This document shows positions 26,897-39,128 of a DNA stretch of 64,000 nucleotides, piece by piece (the first letter of the stretch is position 1; every line of letters starts with the position of its first letter). Source of the DNA: Eledone cirrhosa (taxonomy: Eukaryota); the NCBI GenBank assembly GCA_964016885.1, contig OZ024763.1, positions 16,058,001 to 16,122,000 on the forward strand. The letters run 5' to 3'. The position numbers and the translations under genes were made by a program. Below the pieces are notes generated by a model. The model did no database searches, had not been told where the DNA came from, and saw only the letters and a program-made list of their open reading frames with translations.

Positions 26897-27072
26897 ATTA
26901 TTAGAAATGTAAGGTATCGCCGTTTTTGGACTAAAGAAATTAAAGAAATTTCTCCGAGGGTTCTTAACCCCACTATCAGGCTAAATAATTTCTTTAATTT
27001 CTTTAGTCAAAATACGGCGATAGCTTACATTTCTAATAATTTCAAACCCACTCGCTGTTTCGAAAATATTCT

Positions 27073-27075
<3 letters not shown>
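26897..27075. mobile_element. Foldback (26897-26951/26987-27040) in (TA)n with no ribozyme core
   Basis: ATTAGAAATGTAAGGTATCGCCGT...AAAGAAATT inverted with few mismatches. Confidence 0.7.
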
Positions 27076-27105
<30 letters not shown>

Positions 27106-27143
27106 ACATAAATAACAATCAAATTGTGTTTAAGGCTTTTTAT

Positions 27144-27190
27144 TGTTTATGATCGTTTCATCCAGATATAGGTCTGGAATCCTCAGAGCA
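27144..27190 (-). ncRNA. Degenerate hammerhead motif
   Basis: Minus strand TGCT-CTGAGGA-ttccaga/cctata/tctggat-GAAA-cgatca-TA-AACA; mismatches in stems I and III. Confidence 0.55.
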
Positions 27191-27548
27191 TATAAAACAT
27201 TAAAACAAATATATTCCTAATCATTGGAATATTTAATTACTATTCTTTTTATTATAATATTTCATTATAATATTCTTTTGCTCTTTCTCTTTAATATATT
27301 GTGATTAACACTTATAATTAGTCTTCTCACATATAATGTATCCTGTTAAATGATCTAATGATAAGGAATTTATTTGTTTTAACCTTTTAGACAAAACGCC
27401 AGCATCAACAGTTTTCCAAGAGATGGCAACATGAATGGACCTGTTATTTTTCTCTATAAACATTTTTTCTGATTCCGCTCTGCCCGTCCCCTTAATCGTT
27501 CTAATTTCTGATGACGGACTAGCGTCTGAAACGTTCAGACCCTCTTCC

Positions 27549-28107
27549 AGGACCTGCTGGAGGGAATGTTTGAGGACTCTGCCCCCACATCTCTCTCAGG
27601 AATAAGGGGACAGGACCTGCTGGAGGGAATGTTTGAGGACTCTGCCCCCACATCTCTCTCAGGAATAAGGGGACAGGACCTGCTGGAGGGAATGTTTGAG
27701 GACTCTGCCCCCACATCTCTCTCAGGAATAAGGGGACAGGACCTGCTGGAGGGAATGTTTGAGGACTCTGCCCCCACATCTCACTCAGGAATAAGGGGAC
27801 AGGACCTGCTGGAGGGAATGTTTGAGGACTCTGCCCCCACATCTCTCTCAGGAATAAGGGGACAGGACCTGCTGGAGGGAATGTTTGAGGACTCTGCCCC
27901 CACATCTCTCTCAGGAATAAGGGGACAGGACCTGCTGGAGGGAATGTTTGAGGACTCTGCCCCCACATCTCTCTCAGGAATAAGGGGACAGGACCTGCTG
28001 GAGGGAATGTTTGAGGACTCTGCCCCCACATCTCTCTCAGGAATAAGGGGACAGGACCTGCTGGAGGGAATGTTTGAGGACTCAGCCCCCACATCTCTCT
28101 CAGGAAT
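27549..28107. repeat. Second 63-bp array, about 9 copies, variant unit
   Basis: Same unit as 20797-22560 but with fixed GGAGGG and CCACATCT; followed by (GAA)n at 28115-28592. Confidence 0.96.
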
Positions 28108-28446
28108 AATTAGGCGAAGAAGAAGGCAAAGAAGAAGGCAAAGAAGAAGGCAAAGAAAAAGAAGAAGAAGAAAAAGAAGAAGAAGAAAAAGAAGAAGAAG
28201 AAAAAGAAGAAGAAGAAAAAGAAGAAGAAGAAAAAGAAGAAGAAGAAGAAGAAGGCAAAGAAGAAGAAGAAGGCAAAGAAGAAGAAGAAGAAGAAGGTGA
28301 AGAAGAAGAAGAAGAAGAAGAAGAAGAAGGCGAAGAAGAAGAAGAAGAAGAAGAAGAAGAAGAAGAAGGCAAAGAAGAAGAAGAAGAAGAAGAAGGCAAA
28401 GAAGAAGAAGAAGAAGGCAAAGAAGAAGAAAAAAAAGAAGAAGGCA

Positions 28447-28480
<34 letters not shown>

Positions 28481-28491
28481 AGAAGAAGGCA

Positions 28492-28525
<34 letters not shown>

Positions 28526-28899
28526 AGAAAAAGAAGAAGAAAAAGAAGAAGAAGAAGAAGAAGAAGAAGAAGAAGAAGAAGAAGAAGAAGAAATAAATAA
28601 ATATGCTACAACATGGCCTTAGCTGGATGGCTGGAACAAGTAAAAGAGTAAAAATGTAAAGTAATCTAAATACAGCTAACCTCAGCGGGATTTGAACTTA
28701 GTACGTAATGGGCCATAACTCTATGCCGCAAAGCATGGTGTCCGACGCTCAACTTATTACTGCCAATCCACCGCCCTCATATAGATAGTAATAATAAAAA
28801 GACACAGCATCACTTATGATGATGATGATGATGATGAAGATCATCATCATCATCATTGTTTAACGTCTATCTTCTAGGCTAGCATTAGACGGGTTTGTC

Positions 28900-29475
28900 C
28901 CGAACCACATCATGAGACTTATGACTGGCAAGCAGCTCAGCAACAATTACATCAATTGTCAAGTCAAGAATACTCAAACTATACAGCCATATAGAAAGAT
29001 CAACTCGTGGTGTGAGTAGGTTATACCTGGAAGGATGGTTGGCTGGTAAGAGAAGCAGAGGCCGGCAGCCAAAACGATGGCTTGATAATGTCAACTTATG
29101 GACTGGACTTGATCTTTGCTCTTTAAACTCTGATGTTGGTGATCGAAAGGTATTATATATGCCTGGAAGGAAGGTTGGCTGGTAAAAGAAGCAAAGGTCG
29201 ACAGCCAAAACGATGGCTTGATAATGTCAACTTATGGACTGGACTTGATCTTTGCTCTTTAAACTCTGATGTTGGTGATCGAAAGGTATTATATATGCCT
29301 GGAAGGAAGGTTGGCTGGTAAAAGAAGCAAAGGTCGACAGCCAAAACGATGGCTTGATAATGTCAACTTATGGACTGGACTTGATCTTTGCTCTTTAAAC
29401 TCTGCTGTTGGTGATCGAACTTTGTGGAGAAAAATATCTCATGTTGATGCCCAGTCTGCAACTGGTGGAGTTTAG
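28900..29475 (+). mobile_element. RTE-type LINE 3' fragment with an internal 136-bp triplication
   Basis: LEGRLAGKRSKGRQPKRWLDNVNLWTGLDL segment repeated three times, then DRTLWRKI. Confidence 0.8.
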
Positions 29476-29519
29476 TGTCAAGGAGTATGGTGTAAATAAA
29501 ATGGTGTTATCTTGCTTAC

Positions 29520-29641
29520 CGACATTCCTTTGACTGAACCAGAAAAGATGGCATTCCAAGGTTTGTAAAGGCCACTAAATATGTTTTTTTGGAGAAAGGT
29601 CACAGCTGAGGTCACGGTTTCAATCACATCATCAGGGGTGT
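29520..29641 (-). CDS. Exon 7 of the secreted protein gene
   Basis: TTTTAG acceptor, GTAAGC donor; TPDDVIETVTSAVTFLQKNIFSGLYKPWNAIFSGSVKGMS; phase consistent. Confidence 0.85.
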
Positions 29642-29821
29642 CTAAAATAAACATCAAGAACAAAAAAATTGAAAAATTGTTGAAAATAATGGTGGGTGGT
29701 GGTGGTGGTGGTGGTGGTGGTGGTGATGGTGGTGGTGGTGATGGTGGTGATGGTGGTGGTGGTGAGAGAGTGACAGAGAGACAGAAAGAATGAGAGAGAG
29801 AGGTAGTGAGATCAGAGAGAG

Positions 29822-29858
<37 letters not shown>

Positions 29859-29862
29859 TTAC

Positions 29863-29968
29863 CTTTAACCCAAATATTCTGTCCTAATGTTTCATCAAAG
29901 ACACTCCATATACCTTGTAAGGCATTCACAGCCATTGATGTGGTAAAGAGACGGTCTTCCGCCTTTTT
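29863..29968 (-). CDS. Exon 6 of the secreted protein gene
   Basis: GACAG acceptor, GTAATT donor; KKAEDRLFTTSMAVNALQGIWSVFDETLGQNIWVK. Confidence 0.8.
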
Positions 29969-30659
29969 CTGTCCAAAACAATTATTAAAGAAAAAAGAGA
30001 AGTTTAAAAAATTTTTTTTTTAAATTTGAAGATTAAAAAAATAAAAATAAAAATTGAAAACTAGAAAAATAAAATATAAAAAATAAAGATAAAACAATTG
30101 AAAATAAAAAATAAAAAATAAGAATAAAACAATTGAAAATAAAAAATAAAACAATCAAAAATAAAATTTAACAATTGAAAATTAAAGTAAAAAAATTAAA
30201 AATCGAAAATTAATAATTAATAATTAAAAGTTAATAAAAAATAAATTTGAATTATAAAATTAAAAATCAAAAACCAAAAATTAAAAATGGAAAATTGAAA
30301 ATTAAAAAAATAAATTAAAAGAATACAAAATTAAAATTAAAAAAAAACTTTTCAATTTAAAAAAAAAATTTTCATTTTCAATTTTTAAAAAATTTTATTA
30401 AAAAAGAAATTTAAAATTAAATTTTAAAAAAAATTGACAATTAAAGTTAAAAAAAAAAAAAAATGAAAAATAAAAAATTGAAAATTGAACCTGAAGTATG
30501 AATAGGCTAGGTTTAAAATGTCCAAGAAATGTCATATTTCCCTACGGCACCTTCACAACCATTTTACACACAACACCACTTTATGCCATCAAACTTCCGC
30601 TCAATCATAACTTATGCTGTATCGTCATACTCTGAGTCTTAATTATACTTTCACATACA

Positions 30660-31350
30660 TTAACCCTTTAGCATTTACATTACTCTATATTTACTATTAT
30701 ATTTTCACAGTAAACGCTTTACCTCACATAATATCTCGCATATCTCACATAACATTTACATTACTCTATAATTACTATTATATTTTCACAGTAAACGCTT
30801 TACCTCACATAATATCTCGCATATCTCACATAGAATTTACATTACTCTATAATTACTATTATATTTTCACAGTAAAGGCTTTACCTCACATAATATCTCG
30901 CACAGAATTTACATTACTCTATATATACTATTGTATTTTCCCAGTAAAGGCTTTACCTCACATAATTACCTCACATAATATCTCACATAACATTTACATT
31001 ACTCTATATATACTATTGTATTTTCACAGTAAAGGCTTTACCTCACATAATTACCTCACATAATATCTCACATAACATTTACATTACTCTATATATACTA
31101 TTGTATTTTCACAGTAAAGGCTTTACCTCACATAATATCTCACATAACATTTACATTACTCTATATATACTATTGTATTTTCACAGTAAAGGCTTTACCT
31201 CACATAATATCACACATAACATTTACATTACTCTATATATACTATTATATTTTCACAGTAAAGGCTTTACCTCACATAATTACCTCACATAATTACCTCA
31301 CATAATTATCTCACATAATTTCACAGATTTTGATATTTATTTTGAGAATG
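30660..31350 (-). repeat. Variable tandem array (units about 70-83 bp) from the right end of the piggyBac-like MITE
   Basis: Starts TAACCCTTTAGCATTTACATTACTC; unit is the reverse complement of about 20290-20375. Confidence 0.8.
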
Positions 31351-31831
31351 GTGGATTGGCAGTATCGGTAGAGGGTCGGACGCCATGCTTTGTAGTATAG
31401 GGTTATGGCCCTTTATGATTTGAATTCAAATCCCACCGAGGTTAACTTTGCCTTTCATCCTTACGGAGGTCAATAAAATAAAGCACAAGTAATGCAGTCT
31501 GCTCGTAAAATTAACGTGAAAGTGGCTGAGCATTCCACAAATACAGGTACCCTTAATGTAGTTCTCAGGGAGATTCAGCATGACACAGAATGTGACAAGG
31601 CTGATCCTTCGAATTACATGTACAACTCAATTTTTCCAGCTGAGTGGACTGGAGCAACATGAAATAAAGTGTTTTGCTGAAGGACACAATGCACTGTTGG
31701 GAATCAAACTCCCAACCTTACAATTGTGAGTCGAGTTCCCTAACCACAAAGCCACACGCCTTCATCATACCATTCATACATTAACCCATTATTCATTGTG
31801 AATGTTGACACAGAAAGCAATGGTTCCTTAC

Positions 31832-31963
31832 CGTTGTATCAGCGTCACCCATGAAGTCATCAAAAAAAAGCTCATCCTCATCTCTTGTGGCCAAAGACAA
31901 AATATGTTCTGTAGTAGAAGTTCGTTGGGCCTGGGATAATAACTGGTATGCCTTCTCTATAGC
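31832..31963 (-). CDS. Exon 5 of the secreted protein gene
   Basis: CTGTAG acceptor, GTAAGG donor, 132 nt; AIEKAYQLLSQAQRTSTTEHILSLATRDEDELFFDDFMGDADTT. Confidence 0.8.
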
Positions 31964-32169
31964 CTACAGTTAACAAAGGGGAAATAAATATCAATAAATT
32001 ATAAACATTTATTTATTCCCACTCCACCACCACCACCACCACCACCACCACCTAGGTCTCAACAACACAGTGCAGGGTTTTTCAAGATGGGGTGGGGTGG
32101 GGGCATATTTATAAATATTTATATATTTCTCCCCCACCTGGGTCTCAACATCCCTAAATCATGATAGAA

Positions 32170-32256
<87 letters not shown>

Positions 32257-32624
32257 AACACTTTAAAATGAAGAGCTTTGTAGCATAGAACCAGGGTTGT
32301 TTGGAACACAACTTAACATAGATTATTTCATAAAATCATGAGGGAAGGTTTTTAGATATATATAAACACTTTAAAACGAACAACTTTGTTGCATAGAAGC
32401 AGGATTGTTTGGAACATGACTTAACAAAGGTTCTTACACACATGATGGAAGGTTTCTTGAAAAATATAAACACCTGTTGACTGCTGCATACATTTTACAC
32501 AGCTACAGTTGCTGTGTCGGTTTTCTTTCAGTAACAAATATTTAATAACAACAATCATTTATTAACAACATATAACTGAATGATTGACAAACGTCACATC
32601 AATAAACTAGTAACCCCATCTAGC

Positions 32625-32870
32625 TTTGAAGTTATGAACTGTTGGAAACGAGTTCATAACTTTGAAATTATAAACTGTTGGAAACAAGTTCATAACTTTG
32701 AAGTTATGAACTGTTGGAAACGAGTTCATAACTTTGAAGTTATAAACTGTTGGAAACGAGTTCATAACTTTGGAGTTATGAACAGTTGGAAACAAGTTCA
32801 TAACTTTGGAGTTATGAACTGTTGGAAACGAGTTCATAACTTTGGAGTTATGAACAGTTGGGAAAAAGTT
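32625..32870. repeat. 36-bp palindromic tandem repeat, about 7 copies
   Basis: AAGTTATGAACT-GTTGGAAACG-AGTTCATAACTT-TG. Confidence 0.9.
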
Positions 32871-33050
32871 TAAACATATTAGGATGAGATATCTCGTCCG
32901 TCGCACTGGAATGGATAGATGTTAGGATGAGTTATCTCGTCTATAGAACTGAAGAGGTTAAAGCAAGCAGCTTTGTAGCATAGAACCAGGGGTGTATTCA
33001 GACATGATTTGGGATCAAAATAGTGAAACAATAATAGAAACATATCTTAC

Positions 33051-33224
33051 AGGATGTGGAGTATTTCCTTGTAAATGAACTCGCTCTACTGCTGTCACAG
33101 TTCGGGCTACAAACCAGTAAAATTCAAGTATGGATGGATAGTAGGCCAATGCAAGATCAGAACGCTCAGATAACCGAGTGTGCAGTTGCCATTCCAACAT
33201 ACTTGATGTGTTTAGGTAGATTTT
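33051..33224 (-). CDS. Exon 4 of the secreted protein gene
   Basis: CCTAG acceptor, GTAAGA donor, 174 nt; KIYLNTSSMLEWQL...DLALAYYPSILEFYWFVART...PHP. Confidence 0.85.
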
Positions 33225-33525
33225 CTAGGATAAAAAAAAGAAGGAGGTGGAAATTAAAAATTATGTAGTTGTATTTTTTATTTTTTTTTTAGACAAACAG
33301 ATAGATAGATAGATGGATGGTGGTGATACTTATTGAGTGTTACAACTTACTAATGAAGTCACCTAGGTACTAATCACATATCACTAAATAATTGTTTCTA
33401 CATTTGGCACAAGGCCGGCAATTATATCAGTGTATTACTGGTACTTTATTTTACGACCCCGTAAGGATGAAAGGCAAAGTTAACCTCGGCGGAATTTAAA
33501 CTCAAACCATAAAGGGTTTGTGAAA

Positions 33526-33675
33526 GCACACGGCTTAGTGGTTAGAGCATTGGGCTTGCAATTGAAAGGTTGTGAGTTCAATTCTCAGATCGGGTGATGT
33601 GTTGTTTCCTTGAGCAAGACACTTTATTTCAAATGGCTCCAGTTTACTCAGCTGTAGAAATGAGATGATAGGGAC
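33526..33675 (+). mobile_element. Second tRNA-derived SINE family
   Basis: GGCTTAGTGGTTAGAGC, GAGTTCAATTC, CCTTGAGCAAGACACTT; also at 53020-53160, 31600-31760(-) and 60925-61000. Confidence 0.7.
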
Positions 33676-33681
33676 ATATCA

Positions 33682-34258
33682 TTTCACTGCAAAGTGGTTG
33701 TGGAGGTGAAACAGCAAAAAAAAAAAAAGCACACAGCCCACACTGTGACATTGTCTTAGAGAGGTGCAAGTGTATATATACATATATATATATTGTGTTT
33801 GAGATACGTTAGCTAAGTGCTTATGGCGGGAGTAGAACTATTTGAAATTTGTCTCCTGCCATCACGTAAATTTCTGAATCAATGACCAATCGGTGCACAG
33901 CGGTGGGATGATGCATAGGGATTTCAGTGGCTAATGTTTTACTGTGTTGGCCGTCACATACAGCCATAGCCGACATGGACTGGAATCAAATTCTGTTGAT
34001 CGATTGGTTATTGATTAGGCGAAACCCACTGATGAAGCCTCATGTGCCGATTATTCATTGTAGCATAATAAATGCAGGCAGTAGATGCTGTGCACTCTAT
34101 TGCTGCATTAAGTGTGGCTGAAACTCAAGCATTGGCAAAAATTGAAGGTACCCATTTACGTGCATTATATTGAAGCAAATAACTATGTGTCTACTCTGGG
34201 AGCTTACTTAACATTAGCTATTGAGTATGCTGAGATGCAACTGGTATTAGCAGTGAAA
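33682..34258. mobile_element. Possible non-autonomous DNA transposon with CACTG termini
   Basis: TTTCACTGC at the left end and GCAGTGAAA at the right end; no coding sequence. Confidence 0.3.
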
Positions 34259-34280
34259 CCCATGCTAGTTCCGTCAACCT

Positions 34281-34328
<48 letters not shown>

Positions 34329-34331
<3 letters not shown>

Positions 34332-34740
34332 AAAGTTCTATTTAAAATTGTTGGGATACAACAAGTAAATATTTTTATAACTGATATAAAGCACTCGACA
34401 AGTATTTTTTCTCCATGCATTTCTCTCTCTCCGATATTTCTCCACGTTTTTTTTCTTTTTCTTTTTTTTCTCTCTCTCTGTCTTTTTTCTTTCTCTCCGT
34501 CTTTTTCTAATTGTCCTTAACACTAAGACTTATTAAAATAATATAAACAATCCACTATCCAGATGGCTTCCAAAAATAATGGTTGCATTTTAAAAGGGTA
34601 CGTCAAAGCTTATTTGTAAAACTGTTATATATTGTATTTTGTCTGATGAAGGCATACCATAATTTAATTTGGTATCCCTGAAATATGTATAATGAAATAA
34701 ATATGGTTTTATAAATATAGTTTCCATTTATTAATATCGT
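34329..34740 (+). mobile_element. Short Penelope-derived copy (family A): inverted tail, 3' UTR, hammerhead at 34636-34698
   Basis: ATTTTGT-CTGATGA-aggcatacca/tggtatccct-GAAA-tatgta-TA-ATGAAAT; 34329-34405 is the reverse complement of 50340-50417. Confidence 0.85.
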
Positions 34741-34766
34741 ATATATATATATATATATATATATAT

Positions 34767-35016
34767 GATATTAATAAATGAGTACATCAAAGAATGAGTT
34801 TTACAGTAGATTGGAAGCACTCTACGAAAAAATAATTTTCCAGAGTTATTAATATTAAAATACAAATATTAATAAAATAGATGTTCTTTTGATCAATTAC
34901 ATTTTATTATACATATTTTGTCTGATGAGGACGTACTGTTGTACATCCAAAATATGTATAATAAAATGTAATTGATCAAAAGAACATCTATTTTATTAAT
35001 ATTTGTATTTTAATAT
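34767..35016. mobile_element. Foldback (34852-34920/34948-35016) with a mutated hammerhead at 34915-34967
   Basis: ATTTTGT-CTGATGA-ggacgtac/tgtt/gtacatcc-AAAA-tatgta-TA-ATAAAAT. Confidence 0.8.
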
Positions 35017-35099
35017 ATATATATATATATTATGACCCTCCCAAAGTATAACAATATCTGTTTCAACACACGTTTTCAGATAAAAAATCTTGTACATAT

Positions 35100-35545
35100 A
35101 TTTACATGGTAGTGAGACATGGGCAGCAACTGCAGAGGATATGCGACGGCTGGAGAGAAATGAGGCAAGCATGCTCCGTTGGATGTGCAATGTCAATGTA
35201 CGTGAACGACCGAGCATGGATGTGTTGAGAGAGAAACTGGGTATAAGAGGGATAAGTTGTAGTGTACGGGAGAGGAGACTGAGATGGTATGGACATGTGA
35301 TGCGCATGGAGGATGAGCGCTGGGTAAAGAAGTGCCAAGAAATGCCGGTTGAAGGAAGACGTGGTAGAGGTAGACCACGAAAAACATTGGCGGAGGTGGT
35401 GAGAGCAGACCTCAGATCGCTGAAGCTCACGGTGGAGATGACGAAGGACCGTGACAAGTGGAGAGATGCTGTGCTGAATAGCAACTGTCCCATCCTGGCA
35501 TGCAGGGAAAAGTGGACGTAAAATGATGATGATGATGATGATGAT
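35100..35545 (+). mobile_element. RTE LINE 3' fragment with (ATG)n tail
   Basis: LHGSETW, MLRWMC, RRLRWYGHVMRM, RGRGRPRKT, DRDKWR. Confidence 0.92.
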
Positions 35546-36098
35546 ATATATATATATCTTCCACCTCTACCCCTCCCTCCATCTCAGTTTGTCACCCTAC
35601 TTCCTAATTCTTCTCCCCTTCCTCTCTCTCTATACTACTCCCTTTGTCCCTCCACTTTCTAATTCCTCTTCCTCTCTCTCTATACTAGCAAATACAATTC
35701 CAAAAAAGGTTTTTTATATATTAAGAACTTGTTAAGAGTAACTTATTCACTATTTTGAAAATGTGGAGGTGAACAACAATTATTATTGAGTGGCTGCTAT
35801 TTGCAGTATAGCAATTTAAGGTTGGACTTACCAATGAAACGGTCGTAAATACCTGGATAAAATCCTTTTTTTAATGCTTACCTGTGTTTTCTCTTTTATC
35901 CTTTAAACTCCAAGATTGAACGTGATTCTTACAAACTTGTGGAGTTACCCCTAACCGTACGTTGAAACTGTCCATGAAACTGGCTTTCTTAACCACAAAC
36001 TGGATTACAATAAGCAATTTTCTGCTTCCCTAACTATATATATATATAGACAGACAGCCAGACATACAGACAGACAGATAGATAAAAAGAAAACTCAC

Positions 36099-36266
36099 CT
36101 GAATCTCAGGATCATCAAGAGTTCCGAGAGGTAAAATGCCAGAAAGAATACCAGAGGTAATGCCATATATGGTGTTAGCGCTGACGGCACAGTCGACATT
36201 GTTGACGTTGAATGGCATGGCAACACCTTTTGACAACATCTCTAATGATTCGTTAATGTTTTGGAC
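36099..36266 (-). CDS. Exon 3 of the secreted protein gene
   Basis: TTCCAG acceptor, GTGAGT donor, 168 nt; VQNINESLEMLSKGVAMPFNVNNVDCAVSANTIYGITSG...PEIQ. Confidence 0.88.
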
Positions 36267-36269
36267 CTG

Positions 36270-36564
36270 GAACAACAACAGTAACAGTAACAACAACAAC
36301 AACAACAACAACCACAACAGCAGTAACAGCCACAATAAGAACAACAATAACAACAATAAGAACCACAACAGCAATAACAACAATAACAACAATAACAACA
36401 ATAACAGCAACAATAATAACAACAACAACAACAACAACAATAACAATAACAGCAACAACAACAACAACAACAACAACAGCAATAATAACAACCACAACAG
36501 CAGTAACAACCACAATAAGAACAACAATAACAACAATAAGAACCACAACAGCAATAACAACAAT

Positions 36565-36612
<48 letters not shown>

Positions 36613-36616
36613 AACC

Positions 36617-36655
<39 letters not shown>

Positions 36656-36667
36656 CCAACAACAACT
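36270..36667. repeat. (AAC)n microsatellite abutting the exon 3 acceptor
   Basis: Direct reading. Confidence 0.95.
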
Positions 36668-36831
36668 GAATCTATGTCAATCCGCCCCCGCACCACACTA
36701 CAACACACTAAGCCACACCACTCCACAGCACCCCATACCACCACACCCCACTACAACACACCACTCAACTGCAGCCCTCACTGCCCCCCCCTATCCCCCC
36801 ATCCCACACCACACCACACCACACCACCCTA

Positions 36832-36901
<70 letters not shown>

Positions 36902-36977
36902 TACACCACTCCACTCCACTCACAACACATCTCATCCCCAGCCCTGAGCCTCACCGGTGGGGGGCAATGCAACTCAC

Positions 36978-37275
36978 CCATGTCGATACCAACGCGACAT
37001 CACGTCCAGTGCTGGTAGCGTTCTCTAGAAAGCCTCTCAGGTAGAAATAAGTACGAGGATCAATAGAGTTGACCGCTTTGTCCGATGAAAAAGGTCTGTA
37101 GGCATATTTCTTGAGGGCGTCAAAGACACTGGTGATGTTGGTGTTGTGTGCCAGCCATGATTTATATTGCTCCGGGAAGTCTGACTTTGAATCTGCCAAC
37201 AGTGACCCCAAGCCTAGATTAACAAATGTGTCATCGAAATCAGGAGGGATGTGGAAAGCTTTCAGCATAGTATCC
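36978..37275 (-). CDS. Exon 2 of the secreted protein gene
   Basis: TTACAG acceptor, GTGAGT donor; DTMLKAFHIPPDFDDTFVNLGLG...YAYRPFS..NSIDPRTYFYLRGFL...LVSTW. Confidence 0.9.
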
Positions 37276-37304
37276 CTGTAAAATAAGATTGCAGAATTTT
37301 GTTA

Positions 37305-38030
37305 TATTTAGGTAGGGTCATGTCCTAATATTGCCAAAAATAGTAAAACACACTCATGGGTGTTACATTTAGGTAGGGTCATGTCCTAATATTGCCAAAA
37401 ATAGTAAAACACACTCATGGGTGTTACATTTAGGTAGGGTCATGTCCTAATATTACCAAAAATAGTAAAACACACTCATGGGTGTTACATTTAGGTAGGG
37501 TCATGTCCTAATATTACCAAAAATAGTAAAACACACTCATGGGTGTTACATTTAGGTAGGGTCATGTCCTAATATTACCAAAAATAGTAAAACACACTCA
37601 TGGGTGTTACATTTAGGTAGGGTCATGTCCTAATATTACCAAAAATAGTAAAACACACTCATGGGTGTTACATTTAGGTAGGGTCATGTCCTAATATTGC
37701 CAAAAATAGTAAAACACACTCATGGGTGTTACATTTAGGTAGGGTCATGTCCTAATATTACCAAAAATAGTAAAACACACTCATGGGTGTTACATTTAGG
37801 TAGGGTCATGTCCTAATATTACCAAAAATAGTAAAACACACTCATGGGTGTTACATTTAGGTAGGGTCATGTCCTAATATTGCCAAAAATAGTAAAACAC
37901 ACTCATGGGTGTTACATTTAGGTAGGGTCATGTCCTAATATTACCAAAAATAGTAAAACACACTCATGGGTGTTACATTTAGGTAGGGTCATGTCCTAAT
38001 ATTACCAAAAATAGTAAAACACAGTAGTAA
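37305..38030. repeat. 61-bp intronic tandem array, about 12 copies
   Basis: TTTAGGTAGGGTCATGTCCTAATATTACCAAAAATAGTAAAACACACTCATGGGTGTTACA. Confidence 0.96.
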
Positions 38031-38125
38031 AACACACTCAAGAAGAAGAAGAAGAAGTAGGCAAAAAAGAAGAAAAAGATTATAATAATTGGATAAAAAG
38101 TAAAAAATAAGATATAAATATTTAC

Positions 38126-38754
38126 TTTCTGCTGATCAAACTTTTAATATCCTCTTCTAATCCACTAAAACCCAAGAAATGCAGTAAATCTTCGAGAATA
38201 TTCCATGGAATCTTGTCAGAGAATTTGATCAAATGCAACAAATTCTTGGGTGCACTTTGCCAGGTTTGCAAGATTTCCTTGTATTCTTGTGTCCAAAAAC
38301 ACATCACAGAGTTACTGTAGTTGGCATTTTTGTTTACAAACTCAGCAATGGCGTCCAAAGACATCTGCAATTTCTGAGCTGAAGGTTTTGTTACTTTATT
38401 GAAGCTATAAGCTTCAAGCATGGCTATGTTAATCCAGGATGTGGCGAACATGTTTACATCATAAACGGCAAAAAGATCCCTGGTGATTGTCATAACACGA
38501 TTGCCATGAAAGTAAAGCTTCACATCGCTTTCATAAATCCCCTTCTTGTGACTCCAGGTAAACGGAAGGAAAGTTTTGCTGTCCTTTTCCGCTTGGTATG
38601 AATATATATGATCGAAAAGTTTATTTATCGTAGCAGAGAGGTCTTCATTTGTTGGTGAGGGCAAGCTTGATTGTAAGCCATGGATTTGTAATAAAACCAT
38701 ATACAAAGTTATTGTCACAGCCTTGGTAAGTGCACTGACAAAACAAGCAGACAT
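38126..38754 (-). CDS. Exon 1 of an uncharacterised secreted protein gene (8 exons, 1905-nt CDS, about 634 aa)
   Basis: 209 open codons with a hydrophobic N-terminus; GTAAA donor in phase 2 joins exon 2; all seven introns are GT-AG and phase-compatible. Confidence 0.88.
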
Positions 38755-39013
38755 TGTAATCTGTTTTTTTTTTTTGTGTGTGCTTTAAAATAGTTTTTTT
38801 CCTCACCTAATCTTTAGAAAATATATTTCTATTACATATATTTATATTCGGCTGCTTTCTCTAACACCAAGTCACAATTACTAGGAAAACACGGTTGTCT
38901 GCTTAACTTATATAGTGAGAAACAAATAGAGGGGGAGAAGGGGAGAGAGAGAGGGATAAAGAGAGAGTGGCACACTTACTCATACTCACACTCACACTTA
39001 TATATGTAGGTAC

Positions 39014-39128
<115 letters not shown>

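Noticed and set aside
27505-27539. Hammerhead CTGATGA-cggactagcgtct-GAAA-cgttc
   Set aside because: Core and a short stem II are present but stems I and III are not convincing; kept only as a weak candidate
29615-29640. CTGATGA...GAAAC on the minus strand
   Set aside because: Lies in coding exon 7 (PDDVIET) with no stem II pairing; chance match
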